A DNA stretch of 64,000 nucleotides, from positions 29,857-93,856 of the forward strand of contig JAKFXN010000001.1 in NCBI GenBank assembly GCA_021731405.1. The letters run 5' to 3'. The translations under genes were made by a program, and so were the position numbers. The notes beneath the pieces were generated by a model. The model had not been told where the DNA came from. It saw only the letters and a list, made by a program, of their open reading frames with translations, and did not search any database. Position 1 is the stretch's first letter. Each line of letters opens with the position of its first letter. Positions 47,201-55,411 of the stretch are shown here, piece by piece. The DNA is from Candidatus Parcubacteria bacterium (GTDB taxonomy: Bacteria > Patescibacteriota > Minisyncoccia > Phycocordibacterales > UBA918).

Positions 47201-50200
47201 AAGCACCGATAAAAGAATTATCATTACCAGCACGAAGCTGGTCTCCTGCTGCTGCTCCAAGGAAAGAGTTAGCATAACCAGAGCTCACGCTACTTCCTGC
47301 TGCATATCCTAGAGCAGTGTTATGAGAACCGTCTGTTTCACCAGCCAATGCAAAGGTACCGATACCGATGTTGAAGCCACCTGTGGTTATTTGCCGACCA
47401 GCTAAGGCACCCATCAAGATATTGCTATCTGAAGCGCCCGTAAGACTTTCTCCAGCGCGGTAACCAAAAAGATAGGCACCTATGGTAGATGAAGCACTGA
47501 TGACCCGTTCACCACCAAACGCAATACCAGTAGTGCTACCCAGTGCAAGATCGGTGCCATTAAACGTAAAGTCTGCACTATCAACAAGTGCGGTTGCTCC
47601 TGAGTTTGTATACATAATGCGGTTAGCCGTGTATGAAGAAGGGGTATCAGTAAGTGCGAGGAACGTAGTTGCGCCACCACCAATACCAAGCGTACTTGTA
47701 GCTACCCAACGAGTTGAGGTGCCGGTGGTTTGGAGAATCATACCGAGAGTACCCGACGCATTTGCTCCGTCGCGGAAGGCGCCGGTGAGACGAATGTCTC
47801 CAGCGATTGAAAGCTTGCTTGCAGGAGTTGAAGTACCTATTCCAACGTTCCCTGACGCAAGCGTTGTCCCTGTACCATCAAGACCAGTACCAAAGATAAG
47901 GTTGCCGATGTTGAGTACATTGTCAGCTGTGGCTGTGATGTTGTCGATATCGTAGCCGATGATGATGTTGTTGTTTCCGGTGGTGAGATTGTCGGCTGCG
48001 CGGTAGCCAAGGAGTACATTATTATTAGCACCTGTTTGTGCGTTGTATCCGGCCTGGAAACCGATTGCGGTGTTGTTAGTAGCTTGAAATGGTGTGCCTA
48101 CATTTACAGCCGCAGAACCTCCGCGCAACGCTCCGCTACCAATAGCGATAGTAGCTGATGCTTGGAGCAAACCAGCTGCCTCAAGTCCTATAAACTCATT
48201 GTAGTTACCACTGTTTCTATACCCTGCCCCTGCACCGAAGAAGTTACTAAACGATCCTGTAGTTGAAGCACCTGCCGCAAAACCAATTATGTTGTTGAAA
48301 CTACCTGAACTGAAAGCTCCAGCGTTGCTACCAAACATATTATTGTAATCACCAGTACTTTCCCCTCCAGCGTAAAATCCAATAGCGTTGTTTTCATCAC
48401 CGGTGTTATTTTGACCAGTGTAATACCCAACAGCAACAAGACGACTTCCGGTGTTATTTTCGCCTGCAGAAAAACCGAGAGCATTGAGGTTTGCGCCAGT
48501 ATTGTCTTGTCCAGCAGCCGTACCTACCAAAGCACTGTATCCTCCAGTGTTATTTTGACCAGCGTTATGACCAATAATTGTTGAGCCGTCAGACTGATTA
48601 TAGGTACCTCCACCCACCAGCACATTATCGTTACCGCTATTTGAAAACCCTACACTCTGACCAATCATTATGTTATTTTCTCCGTAATTGTTATAACCTG
48701 CTTGGTAGCCGATAAATATATTTTCACTGGAAGTACTATTAAGACCTGCTTCCCGTCCAATCTTTATTACATCTATAGAGGATGAAGCGGTAAACATTCG
48801 CGTACCGCCAAATGAGATGCCGTCATCATTACCCAACCCAAGGTTAGTTCCATTAAACGTGAGATCAGCTGAATCAATAAGCGCAGTTGCACCGGAGTTT
48901 GTGTACATGATGCGATTAGCGGTAAATGACGACGGTGTGTCAGTGAGTGCCAAGAAAGTTGAAACGCCACCAATACCAAGCGTACTTGTAGCTACCCAAC
49001 GAGTTGAGGTGCCCGTGGTTTGAAGAACCATCCCAAGAGTTCCAGACGCGTTTGCGCCGTCACGGAACGCGCCGGTGAGGCGCATACCCCCGACCACTGT
49101 AAGTTCAGAAGACGGAGTGGTAGTACCGATACCTAAACGTCCACTCACATCAAATACACTAAGTGGTGTCCCTGCACTGTTACGTAATTCTAAAAGGCTG
49201 GCTGTTTGAGTAGAGGTCGCCTGTGCCAAGATAGTAGGAATAGTAGTACTTGAAGAACGCACATCAAAAACTCCCTGTACATCAACTGTGTTAAGACCAA
49301 GTAGTCCTGGTTCACCAAGGATAAGGCGTGTCTGACCACCAAATGTAAAGGCCGAGTAGTAATCCGTTAGATTAATTGTCCCGACATTTCCGTTATTATT
49401 AGAAGAGAGCGCTAGGCCGGTAGTGGTGTAGTTATATCCAATTGTCCCAACATTGTTTCCGTTACCAGAATCAAGAGTGATCAAGTCACCGAGCGGACCG
49501 CGAATATAGAGAGGTGTCGAAGGATCATCGATACCATACCCCATACCAACATATCCATTATGAAGGACAGTCATAAGAGAATCCCCAGTTGATGACGCCA
49601 CGACAAACGGATTACTACTACCTGTCCCTACAACAGTAAGTCTATTATTTGGCGTTGAAGTACCAATACCTACATTTCCACTCGCTAGAGTAGTACCTGT
49701 ACCATCAAGACCAGTACCGAAGATGAGGTTACCGATGTTGAGACGGTTGTCGGCAGTAGCAGTTACGTTATCAATATCGTAACCAATAATGATGTTGTTA
49801 TTTCCGGTCGTGAGGTTGTCGGCTGCACGATATCCAAGGAGGATATTGTTGTCTGAGCCAGCCTGTGCAGCATAGCCTGCCCGGTAGCCAAGAGCGACGT
49901 TGTTGGTTGCATTAAAAGGTGAGGTTCCCGAACCTCCTCGATAGGCTTCCCCTCCGATGATTACAGAAGAAGTGGCTCTGAGGTTATATCCAGCTTCATA
50001 ACCAAGCATTTGGTTATATACGCCCTGATTAAAATATCCAGCCTGATAACCAATAAGTTCGTTATATGAACCTGTATTGCTATACCCTGCATAATTACCG
50101 ATAAGAGAGTTAAACGTACCAGTATTATTAGTTCCCGCGTGGCCACCTAGTCTTAGAACGCCATTGCTTGGATCAGCGCTAATCGCTCGAGTACCACCAA

Positions 50201-53200
50201 AAGCAATTCCCGTAGTAGCATTAAATCCTAAATTAGTGCCATCAAACGTAAAGTTAGATGCATCTGTGAGCGCTGTCCCACCACTGTTGGTGAAGATAAC
50301 TCTATTAGCAGTGAGTGAGTTTTGGGTATCAGAAAGACCAGTAAAAGTATTGTCTCCAAAACCAAGGGTTGAGGTAGCAACCCAGCGAGTTGAGGTGCCG
50401 GTGGTTTGGAGAATCATGCCGAGTGTTCCAGAGGCGTTTGCTCCGTCACGGAAGGCGCCAGTAATATATGTGTCTCCTACTATAGTAAGCCTGCTACTTG
50501 GAGTAGTCGTACCAATACCAACGTTTCCATTACTATCAACATTGATGCGACGATTACCTTGGCCGTCAGCGATGATGATGTTGTTTGAAAGTGATGAAGA
50601 AAGGCCAGAAACATTTGCCCCAAGAATGGTGTTGTAATCACCAGTGACAATACCCAGGCCAGTTTCATTACCGATAATAGTGTTATTCTCTCCATCTACA
50701 ATGTTGCTTCCAGTGGTGCGTCCTATACCAATGTTTCCTCCTCCTGTAGCCGCATTAAGAGCATAGTATCCGATACCCACATTACCCCAACTGGTTGAGT
50801 TAGAACCAACTGCCAATCCTCCGATAGCAACATTGTAGTTACCAGTAGTATTTTGATCTAAAGCATTGTATCCAACAGCGGTGTTATGCTCGCCAAGAGT
50901 ATTGTTCACCAGCGCAATAGAACCAACAGCGGTATTGAACTGTCCCGCAGTATTGTCTGCCAGCGCGGCATTTCCGACTGCAGTGTTATTAGAAGATGAA
51001 GTACTAACCATAAGAGCATTAGTACCAAGTGCTGTATTAGAATTACCAGTTATGTTTTGCTGTAAGGCATACCGACCCATGGCGATATTGCTGTAGCCAG
51101 TGGTTGTAAACTGCATCGCCCCTTGCCCGACAACAGTGTTATCAGAACCGGTAGTCAAAGCACCAAGTGCAAACCTACCAACACCCAAGTTATCAATTCC
51201 GAGGAACTGATTGGTACTCGAGCCAAGGGTAAAGTTACCAGCCTGATACCCCATGAACTGGTTAGTTCCATATGTATTATCTAGAATATAACCATGAATG
51301 AAGCGTTCGCCATCAATATTAAGTACTCCAGCCGCACCGCCTGCAGTAGTACTGAGAAGATTAACGTTATTTGTGACACTAATTGTGCCCGCCACACTGA
51401 GCCTAGAAGCTGGTGTTGAGGTACCAATACCAAAATTAGTGCCATCAAAGATTAAACTAGCAGAGTCTGTAAGTGACGTACCACCACTATTAGTGAAGAT
51501 AACTCTATTAGCAGTGAGTGAGTTTTGAGTATCAGAGAGACCGGTAAAAGTATTGTCTCCAAAACCAAGCGTTGAAGTCGCTACCCAGCGTGTTGAGGTG
51601 CCGGTGGTTTGGAGAATCATGCCGAGTGTTCCTGAGGCATTTGCTCCGTCACGGAAGGCACCGGTGAGACGAAGAGTGCTCAAAAACGCATCTCCAGACA
51701 CTGAGAGATTTGTAGTAGAGGCGTTTCCTAGAGTTGAAGCCCCACTCACAGAAAGTGCTCCAGAGGTCAAGGTACCGCCGTTTAAGTTAAGTGGCGTTGC
51801 TCCGCCAGTAGTATATAGACCATAGTCTATGAGTGCTTGACGTAAATCTGCTGTTGCTCCCGCCTTTACTATTGGAGTAGCCCCAAAGAAACCGAGTTGT
51901 GAAGCGCTGAGATTATCTTTAATTGAAATAACTGTACCTAGTCCTGACAAAAGGTTTATTGTTCCGTTCTGACCACTGCCGTCTCCTAATCCTGCAGATA
52001 ACTCAAGATTTCCTCCTTCTCCATCAAAACCAGCTTCAGCTGACCCACCAAAAAATCCGAAGTTTCCTCCTCTGGTGCGACCGGTACCTCCAAAAGCTTG
52101 CATCTCTCCACCAATTCCACCTCCAAAGAGCGCATTACCACCAGATAAATAGACTGAGTTTGCGGAACCAGACGTTACCGCAGCAGCTTGAATTTCTAAG
52201 TTTGTGCCAGGAAGAGACTCTATATATCTTGTGTAGACAGTGCCTGTAGATGTGACGTTTCCACCAACATACGCATTCCCTCCCACTGTAAGTCGTGAGC
52301 CAGGAGTAGTACTTCCAATACCGAGATTAGTCCCATCAAAAACAAAGCTGGCAGAATCAGTAAGTGACGTACCGCCACTATTGGTGAAGATAACTCTATT
52401 AGCGGTAAATGAAGACTGGGTATCACTGAGTCCCAGATACGTGCCGTTACCGAGACCAAGAGTTGAAGTCGCTACCCAACTGGTACCGATACCTGTACTA
52501 CTCAGAATCTGCCCAACTGTACCAGACGCATTTAGGGTGTCACGGAAAGAGCCGGTGAGGCGAAGGTCGCCAACAACTGAAAGCGTACTGCCCGGAGTTG
52601 TTGTGCCGATACCAACTCTGCCGGCGCTAGTGACTGTAATTCGGTTAGTACCAGCAGTAGCAAAACCGAGACCTGTTCCTTCCATGTACATACCAGTACT
52701 CGTATCTCCTGTCCAAGAGTACTTTGGTGCTGCGGCAGTGCCAGCTCCGACCATCTGGAATTGTCCTACCCCTCCATTGAGAGCCCAACGCATTCTTTCT
52801 GCACCACCAAGAGAAAGACTAAACTGGGAGGCAGCACTTCTGTACAGACCTACGTCCGAGCCCAATGCGATACCTCCCGTTGCAGAAGTACTGTCGGCGA
52901 GTGTGAGGGTTGAGTATGGAGTAGTTGTCCCAATACCAATGTTTCCGCTACTGAGCACTGTAAAGACTTCTGTCACCCCACTAAAAAGTGCGAGTACTTT
53001 TCCGACACCATTTTGAATAATTGAAAGAATTGGTGAAGACGACGTAGCCTGCATGGTGTCCGCTTCATCAGAACGAAGGAACGAGGTGGTCGCTATACCA
53101 GCTAGTGTCTGAGCATTTTCTGCTTCAAACGCAGCGGGTACGGCACCAAGGATTTTTCGTGGACTCATTTCTCCGTCCCATACTGGTGTAGTAGTACTAA

Positions 53201-53558
53201 TGCCGCCAATCTCAACTCCAAGATATAGCGTCTGATTGAAGTTGACGTTTGTCAGAGTAGAGACGTCTCCGAGCATAACTGAAAAGAGACCGTTTTGAAC
53301 TTGGACACGGTTTCCGCTCGTGCGCACCTCACTCCATACCGCAGTAGAAGTAGCGCCAACGTCCGTTGGTACAAGCCAAAAATTCATGTTGTAAAGACCG
53401 TCTGGCACCGCCACACCAGAAGCGTTCGTAAGCTTTCCTTGGTAATTTATTTCAGGATTAAATTGCGCAAACGAAGTAGTTGGGACAAGGGCAAGGAGCA
53501 ACAACCCTACGAGCGTAGGAAGAATATATCGGTTTAGGTTGTTACTAAAAAAGATCAT
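44253..53558 (-). CDS. Giant (3101 aa) secreted protein with phage tail-fibre / YadA-head-like beta-roll repeats (NTA[VI]G..AL..NTTG), repeated GIGTTTP..L.V.G motifs, a putative C-terminal intramolecular-chaperone (peptidase S74-like) region and a polyacidic tail
   Basis: N-terminal signal peptide, hundreds of ~14-aa Asn/Gly/Thr-rich repeats, four ~60-aa near-identical modules (ADNLTTGNNNIIIGYDIDNITATADNVLNIGNLIFGTGLDGTGTTLASGNVGIGTSTP) and a C-terminal E/P-rich tail. Confidence 0.7.
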   Translation of the reverse strand: MIFFSNNLNRYILPTLVGLLLLALVPTTSFAQFNPEINYQGKLTNASGVAVPDGLYNMNFWLVPTDVGATSTAVWSEVRTSGNRVQVQNGLFSVMLGDVSTLTNVNFNQTLYLGVEIGGISTTTPVWDGEMSPRKILGAVPAAFEAENAQTLAGIATTSFLRSDEADTMQATSSSPILSIIQNGVGKVLALFSGVTEVFTVLSSGNIGIGTTTPYSTLTLADSTSATGGIALGSDVGLYRSAASQFSLSLGGAERMRWALNGGVGQFQMVGAGTAAAPKYSWTGDTSTGMYMEGTGLGFATAGTNRITVTSAGRVGIGTTTPGSTLSVVGDLRLTGSFRDTLNASGTVGQILSSTGIGTSWVATSTLGLGNGTYLGLSDTQSSFTANRVIFTNSGGTSLTDSASFVFDGTNLGIGSTTPGSRLTVGGNAYVGGNVTSTGTVYTRYIESLPGTNLEIQAAAVTSGSANSVYLSGGNALFGGGIGGEMQAFGGTGRTRGGNFGFFGGSAEAGFDGEGGNLELSAGLGDGSGQNGTINLLSGLGTVISIKDNLSASQLGFFGATPIVKAGATADLRQALIDYGLYTTGGATPLNLNGGTLTSGALSVSGASTLGNASTTNLSVSGDAFLSTLRLTGAFRDGANASGTLGMILQTTGTSTRWVATSTLGFGDNTFTGLSDTQNSLTANRVIFTNSGGTSLTDSASLIFDGTNFGIGTSTPASRLSVAGTISVTNNVNLLSTTAGGAAGVLNIDGERFIHGYILDNTYGTNQFMGYQAGNFTLGSSTNQFLGIDNLGVGRFALGALTTGSDNTVVGQGAMQFTTTGYSNIAMGRYALQQNITGNSNTALGTNALMVSTSSSNNTAVGNAALADNTAGQFNTAVGSIALVNNTLGEHNTAVGYNALDQNTTGNYNVAIGGLAVGSNSTSWGNVGIGYYALNAATGGGNIGIGRTTGSNIVDGENNTIIGNETGLGIVTGDYNTILGANVSGLSSSLSNNIIIADGQGNRRINVDSNGNVGIGTTTPSSRLTIVGDTYITGAFRDGANASGTLGMILQTTGTSTRWVATSTLGFGDNTFTGLSDTQNSLTANRVIFTNSGGTALTDASNFTFDGTNLGFNATTGIAFGGTRAISADPSNGVLRLGGHAGTNNTGTFNSLIGNYAGYSNTGSYNELIGYQAGYFNQGVYNQMLGYEAGYNLRATSSVIIGGEAYRGGSGTSPFNATNNVALGYRAGYAAQAGSDNNILLGYRAADNLTTGNNNIIIGYDIDNVTATADNRLNIGNLIFGTGLDGTGTTLASGNVGIGTSTPNNRLTVVGTGSSNPFVVASSTGDSLMTVLHNGYVGMGYGIDDPSTPLYIRGPLGDLITLDSGNGNNVGTIGYNYTTTGLALSSNNNGNVGTINLTDYYSAFTFGGQTRLILGEPGLLGLNTVDVQGVFDVRSSSTTIPTILAQATSTQTASLLELRNSAGTPLSVFDVSGRLGIGTTTPSSELTVVGGMRLTGAFRDGANASGTLGMVLQTTGTSTRWVATSTLGIGGVSTFLALTDTPSSFTANRIMYTNSGATALIDSADLTFNGTNLGLGNDDGISFGGTRMFTASSSIDVIKIGREAGLNSTSSENIFIGYQAGYNNYGENNIMIGQSVGFSNSGNDNVLVGGGTYNQSDGSTIIGHNAGQNNTGGYSALVGTAAGQDNTGANLNALGFSAGENNTGSRLVAVGYYTGQNNTGDENNAIGFYAGGESTGDYNNMFGSNAGAFSSGSFNNIIGFAAGASTTGSFSNFFGAGAGYRNSGNYNEFIGLEAAGLLQASATIAIGSGALRGGSAAVNVGTPFQATNNTAIGFQAGYNAQTGANNNVLLGYRAADNLTTGNNNIIIGYDIDNITATADNVLNIGNLIFGTGLDGTGTTLASGNVGIGTSTPASKLSIAGDIRLTGAFRDGANASGTLGMILQTTGTSTRWVATSTLGIGGGATTFLALTDTPSSYTANRIMYTNSGATALVDSADFTFNGTDLALGSTTGIAFGGERVISASSTIGAYLFGYRAGESLTGASDSNILMGALAGRQITTGGFNIGIGTFALAGETDGSHNTALGYAAGSSVSSGYANSFLGAAAGDQLRAGNDNSFIGAYSAFHAATSSNSVALGTNAAFGNGVNYQASNFTVIGRRAGYNMATGADNNILLGYQAADNLTTGNNNIIIGYDIDNITATADNVLNIGNLIFGTGLDGTGTTLSSGNVGIGTSTPGSKLTVAGNVSVTGNIDIPETTSGGAAGVLNVGSDRFIHTYALDDTYGDNIFMGRQAGNFTLGSSTNQFIGLDNVGIGSYALSSLTTGGTNTAVGQSSMSNTTTGGSNTALGFFTMIANTTGADNTAIGRGVLASNTTGRRNTALGVSALENSETGEGNIALGAFTADNLTTGNNNIIIGYDIDAVSASADNTLNIGNLIFGTGVDGIDSTLSSGNVGIGTTTPGARLAIERRNFNTAGTAGLEQYFTFTNSTPSAVQFGNNTYLYATTTATTTIVGNIFRLEDSTTFGNTVRGLEVQTDRGNNTRGENTALSGFARTFGVRGTTAGDAGGTFEPAGVYGETQGTTQGNALRGYSSTITTAALLKLFQDTSTYVGTGLLMNFGNGGGSFSSTTASKYIDLQNAGTSLFTVGARGMTTIGDGTTNNNAGLQIGYGGICVDNDGSCNASTTGRISAVSYHTGNSDLAEMYFSNESLKTGEIVYLKNGLSIGKASEETEEKVIGVVTTKPGLLLGFDDSSLSAGEEGYGVALAGRVPVRLSNENGEIKAGDELMLSSVPGVAMKASSTGMVVGIALEDFEATRAYSDTYINQFGDDLVDPVVTPINKDNDPRINDGCYYGAGSASGEAPCVPLIATSTDGQAEEAQMLAEAEAQAAALAALKNIRSERVTLDSGEEVRVGQIVMFVSLNERFLDEEGKTMIAALVAGALDIEGEVGEETVWNRLVTLANNFVDGVLSILTLKADRVEVKEEICVDGVCLNAEDLRRLLDEQVVPQEPAEEPSGEEPAPDEEVEEEPSGEETNDGEVAEEETPPPLEEPIDEEMNEEVVEETTIETEEEETEEPAEEETEEPTPEEEPEAPVEEPSEEPVV
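46896..47012. repeat. Intragenic direct DNA repeat, copy A (~115-130 nt, nearly identical to copy B 973 bp downstream)
   Basis: GTACCAAAGATAAGGTTGCCGATGTTGAGTACATTGTCAGCTGTGGCTGTGATGTTGTCGATATCGTAGCCGATGATGATGTTGTTGTTTCCGGTGGTGAG. Confidence 0.8.
47869..47988. repeat. Intragenic direct DNA repeat, copy B
   Basis: Same ~105-nt string as copy A with at most 1-2 mismatches. More diverged copies lie near 46230-46350 and 49690-49830. Confidence 0.8.
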
Positions 53559-53564
53559 ACGATT

Positions 53565-54350
53565 TTATTCGCTGGCTTTATTACGTTCTTCCTCAACACC
53601 CGAAACAGGTACCGTCACAAATGGATATTCCACTACCTCACCCTCATTTTTTTTGTATTCAATCACTCCATCAGCATCTTCACTAAACACCACACTGACT
53701 TCATCTGAAAAAAGATTCTGCACGTCTTCTACTGTTTTAATATCTCCTTCACTTGGAAGAATAAAAATTCCCTCCACTCCTTCTCTATCCATTCTTCGCA
53801 CCTCACTTTCATCCTCAAAAAGTGGGTACTCCATGACCGTTGAGTACAGAGTCGTTGGTTGCGGCTCTGCAGTAGCAAAATTCTCAGAGGTCACTACCGG
53901 CAACTCTTCAACTATCGAAACCTCACCAGCCCCGCTGAGACGAGCCATGTTTATGTGTTGAGGTAAAAGTGCTGAGGAGGTGTACAGCCCTGTCCCGATC
54001 ATGAGCCCCAGACCAAGTGCGAGCGTGGCTGCTAACTGGGCACGAACTCGGACAAGCTTCACTTTTCCCCGAGCTGTTTTTTTGATCACCCCCACTTCCT
54101 GCTTCACGGTCTGCTCGCGCTTGCGCTCGAGACTGAGCTGCTGTTTTCGAACCGTCTGTTCGAGCTCTGCTGTCTCAGCAAAATTTCGAAGTGAGGTGGT
54201 GTCGATAAACCACTGTCGTCCGATTTGTGAAGCGACGATTTTTTGTTCACGGGCGAGACGAGCTACATAGTCACGCGAATACGAAACAAGCTTGGACGCA
54301 TCCTTGATTGGAAGAAAGGTAGCTCCGTTTATTTCTACTTGTGTCGACAT
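53565..54350 (-). CDS. Membrane-anchored protein with an N-terminal excisionase/MerR-type HTH (HTH_17-like), a central TM and an acidic C-terminal domain
   Basis: FLPIKDASKLVSYSRDYVARLAREQKIVASQIGRQWFIDTTSL matches the excisionase-family HTH pattern. TM LAATLALGLGLMIGTGLY. Confidence 0.55.
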   Translation of the reverse strand: MSTQVEINGATFLPIKDASKLVSYSRDYVARLAREQKIVASQIGRQWFIDTTSLRNFAETAELEQTVRKQQLSLERKREQTVKQEVGVIKKTARGKVKLVRVRAQLAATLALGLGLMIGTGLYTSSALLPQHINMARLSGAGEVSIVEELPVVTSENFATAEPQPTTLYSTVMEYPLFEDESEVRRMDREGVEGIFILPSEGDIKTVEDVQNLFSDEVSVVFSEDADGVIEYKKNEGEVVEYPFVTVPVSGVEEERNKASE

Positions 54351-54413
54351 ACTGATTTAGCTTTAATTATAAAGCTAGTTCAGTACATTTTTATATTTAA
54401 AATGTTGATAACT

Positions 54414-55346
54414 TTAGCGTGAAAAAAGTGCCAGAAGAGCAGTTAGTGACTCAGTTGAAAAATGGATACTCCAGTCGTAAGAAGTGACACTCGCCTCAAC
54501 GGTACTCTCAGCAAAAAATACCACTATGAGAAGGACTGCGAGCGCAGTGCTGATAGTCACAAGGGTTACTCGCACATAGCCACTTTCTATTTCGTCATTC
54601 TCTACTTCTTCTAACACCTCCAAAACCTCAGTTGTGCTGATTTTGGTAGGACGTGGGATGCTTTTGAGCGGTACAGGACGTAAAATATCTCTTTTTTGTA
54701 AAGGAGCATGATGCAAAACGGGCTTTTTTGGAGCTGTTGGCATCATTTCTGGTTCAGGTAGGTCTATCTCGGAAATTTCTTCAAGATCTTGATAATCTTC
54801 TTCAATCGAAGCCACCATTACTTTCCCCTTGAGTGACACGGTAGGCAGATCTTCTGCAATAAGGTTAGTGATTTTGGAGCTTGTTTTTATAGCTAGTTCG
54901 GATGATTCAGCCAAATCAATCTTTACTCTTCGAGCTGGTACTTCAGCTCGAAGCTGCGGCAAAAGCGCGGTCTCGTCCACTTCGTACTTAAGCGGTTTCC
55001 AATCAATTCGCTTGGCAAAATGCTTGTTTTGCTCTGTAGACATTCGAACAGTGTTTTTGGACACGACAGGTTCTACGTCTAGCCGAGATAATGTTACTTC
55101 ATAACCTTTTTCTTCAGCCTTGCTCTCTTTGACTTCCACCTTAGCTGCCGCTTTTGTATTAGCATAACGACCTTCTTTGTGCGCAGTGAGTGAGATTGGA
55201 TTTACATACCAACTTCTACCTACGAGCTGGGCATCAACCTTTTTGGCACGGCAGAGCTGGCCGATATAATCAGTGGTATAGCGAAACTGCTTTGCTAGAC
55301 TAGAAGCTGGCAGATACTCAACTCCCCCAATCGTTATCCCTTTCAT
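54414..55346 (-). CDS. Paralogous membrane-anchored excisionase-type HTH protein (TM near the C-terminus)
   Basis: YLPASSLAKQFRYTTDYIGQLCRAKKVDAQLVGRSWYVNPISL, and TM VTLVTISTALAVLLIVVFFA. Confidence 0.55.
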   Translation of the reverse strand: MKGITIGGVEYLPASSLAKQFRYTTDYIGQLCRAKKVDAQLVGRSWYVNPISLTAHKEGRYANTKAAAKVEVKESKAEEKGYEVTLSRLDVEPVVSKNTVRMSTEQNKHFAKRIDWKPLKYEVDETALLPQLRAEVPARRVKIDLAESSELAIKTSSKITNLIAEDLPTVSLKGKVMVASIEEDYQDLEEISEIDLPEPEMMPTAPKKPVLHHAPLQKRDILRPVPLKSIPRPTKISTTEVLEVLEEVENDEIESGYVRVTLVTISTALAVLLIVVFFAESTVEASVTSYDWSIHFSTESLTALLALFSR

Positions 55347-55411
55347 GACTTTATTATAGCAGAGACAACTACAAAAATCGGCTACCTAAGTAGCCGAGAT
55401 GTGTATATGCA

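Noticed and set aside
44587-53016. Numerous 60-260-aa ORFs on the plus strand inside the giant gene (e.g. 46069..46692, 52240..53016)
   Set aside because: They are antisense to a Gly/Asn/Thr-repeat gene. Their Pro/Val/Ser-rich translations are the expected mirror artefact, with no start context.
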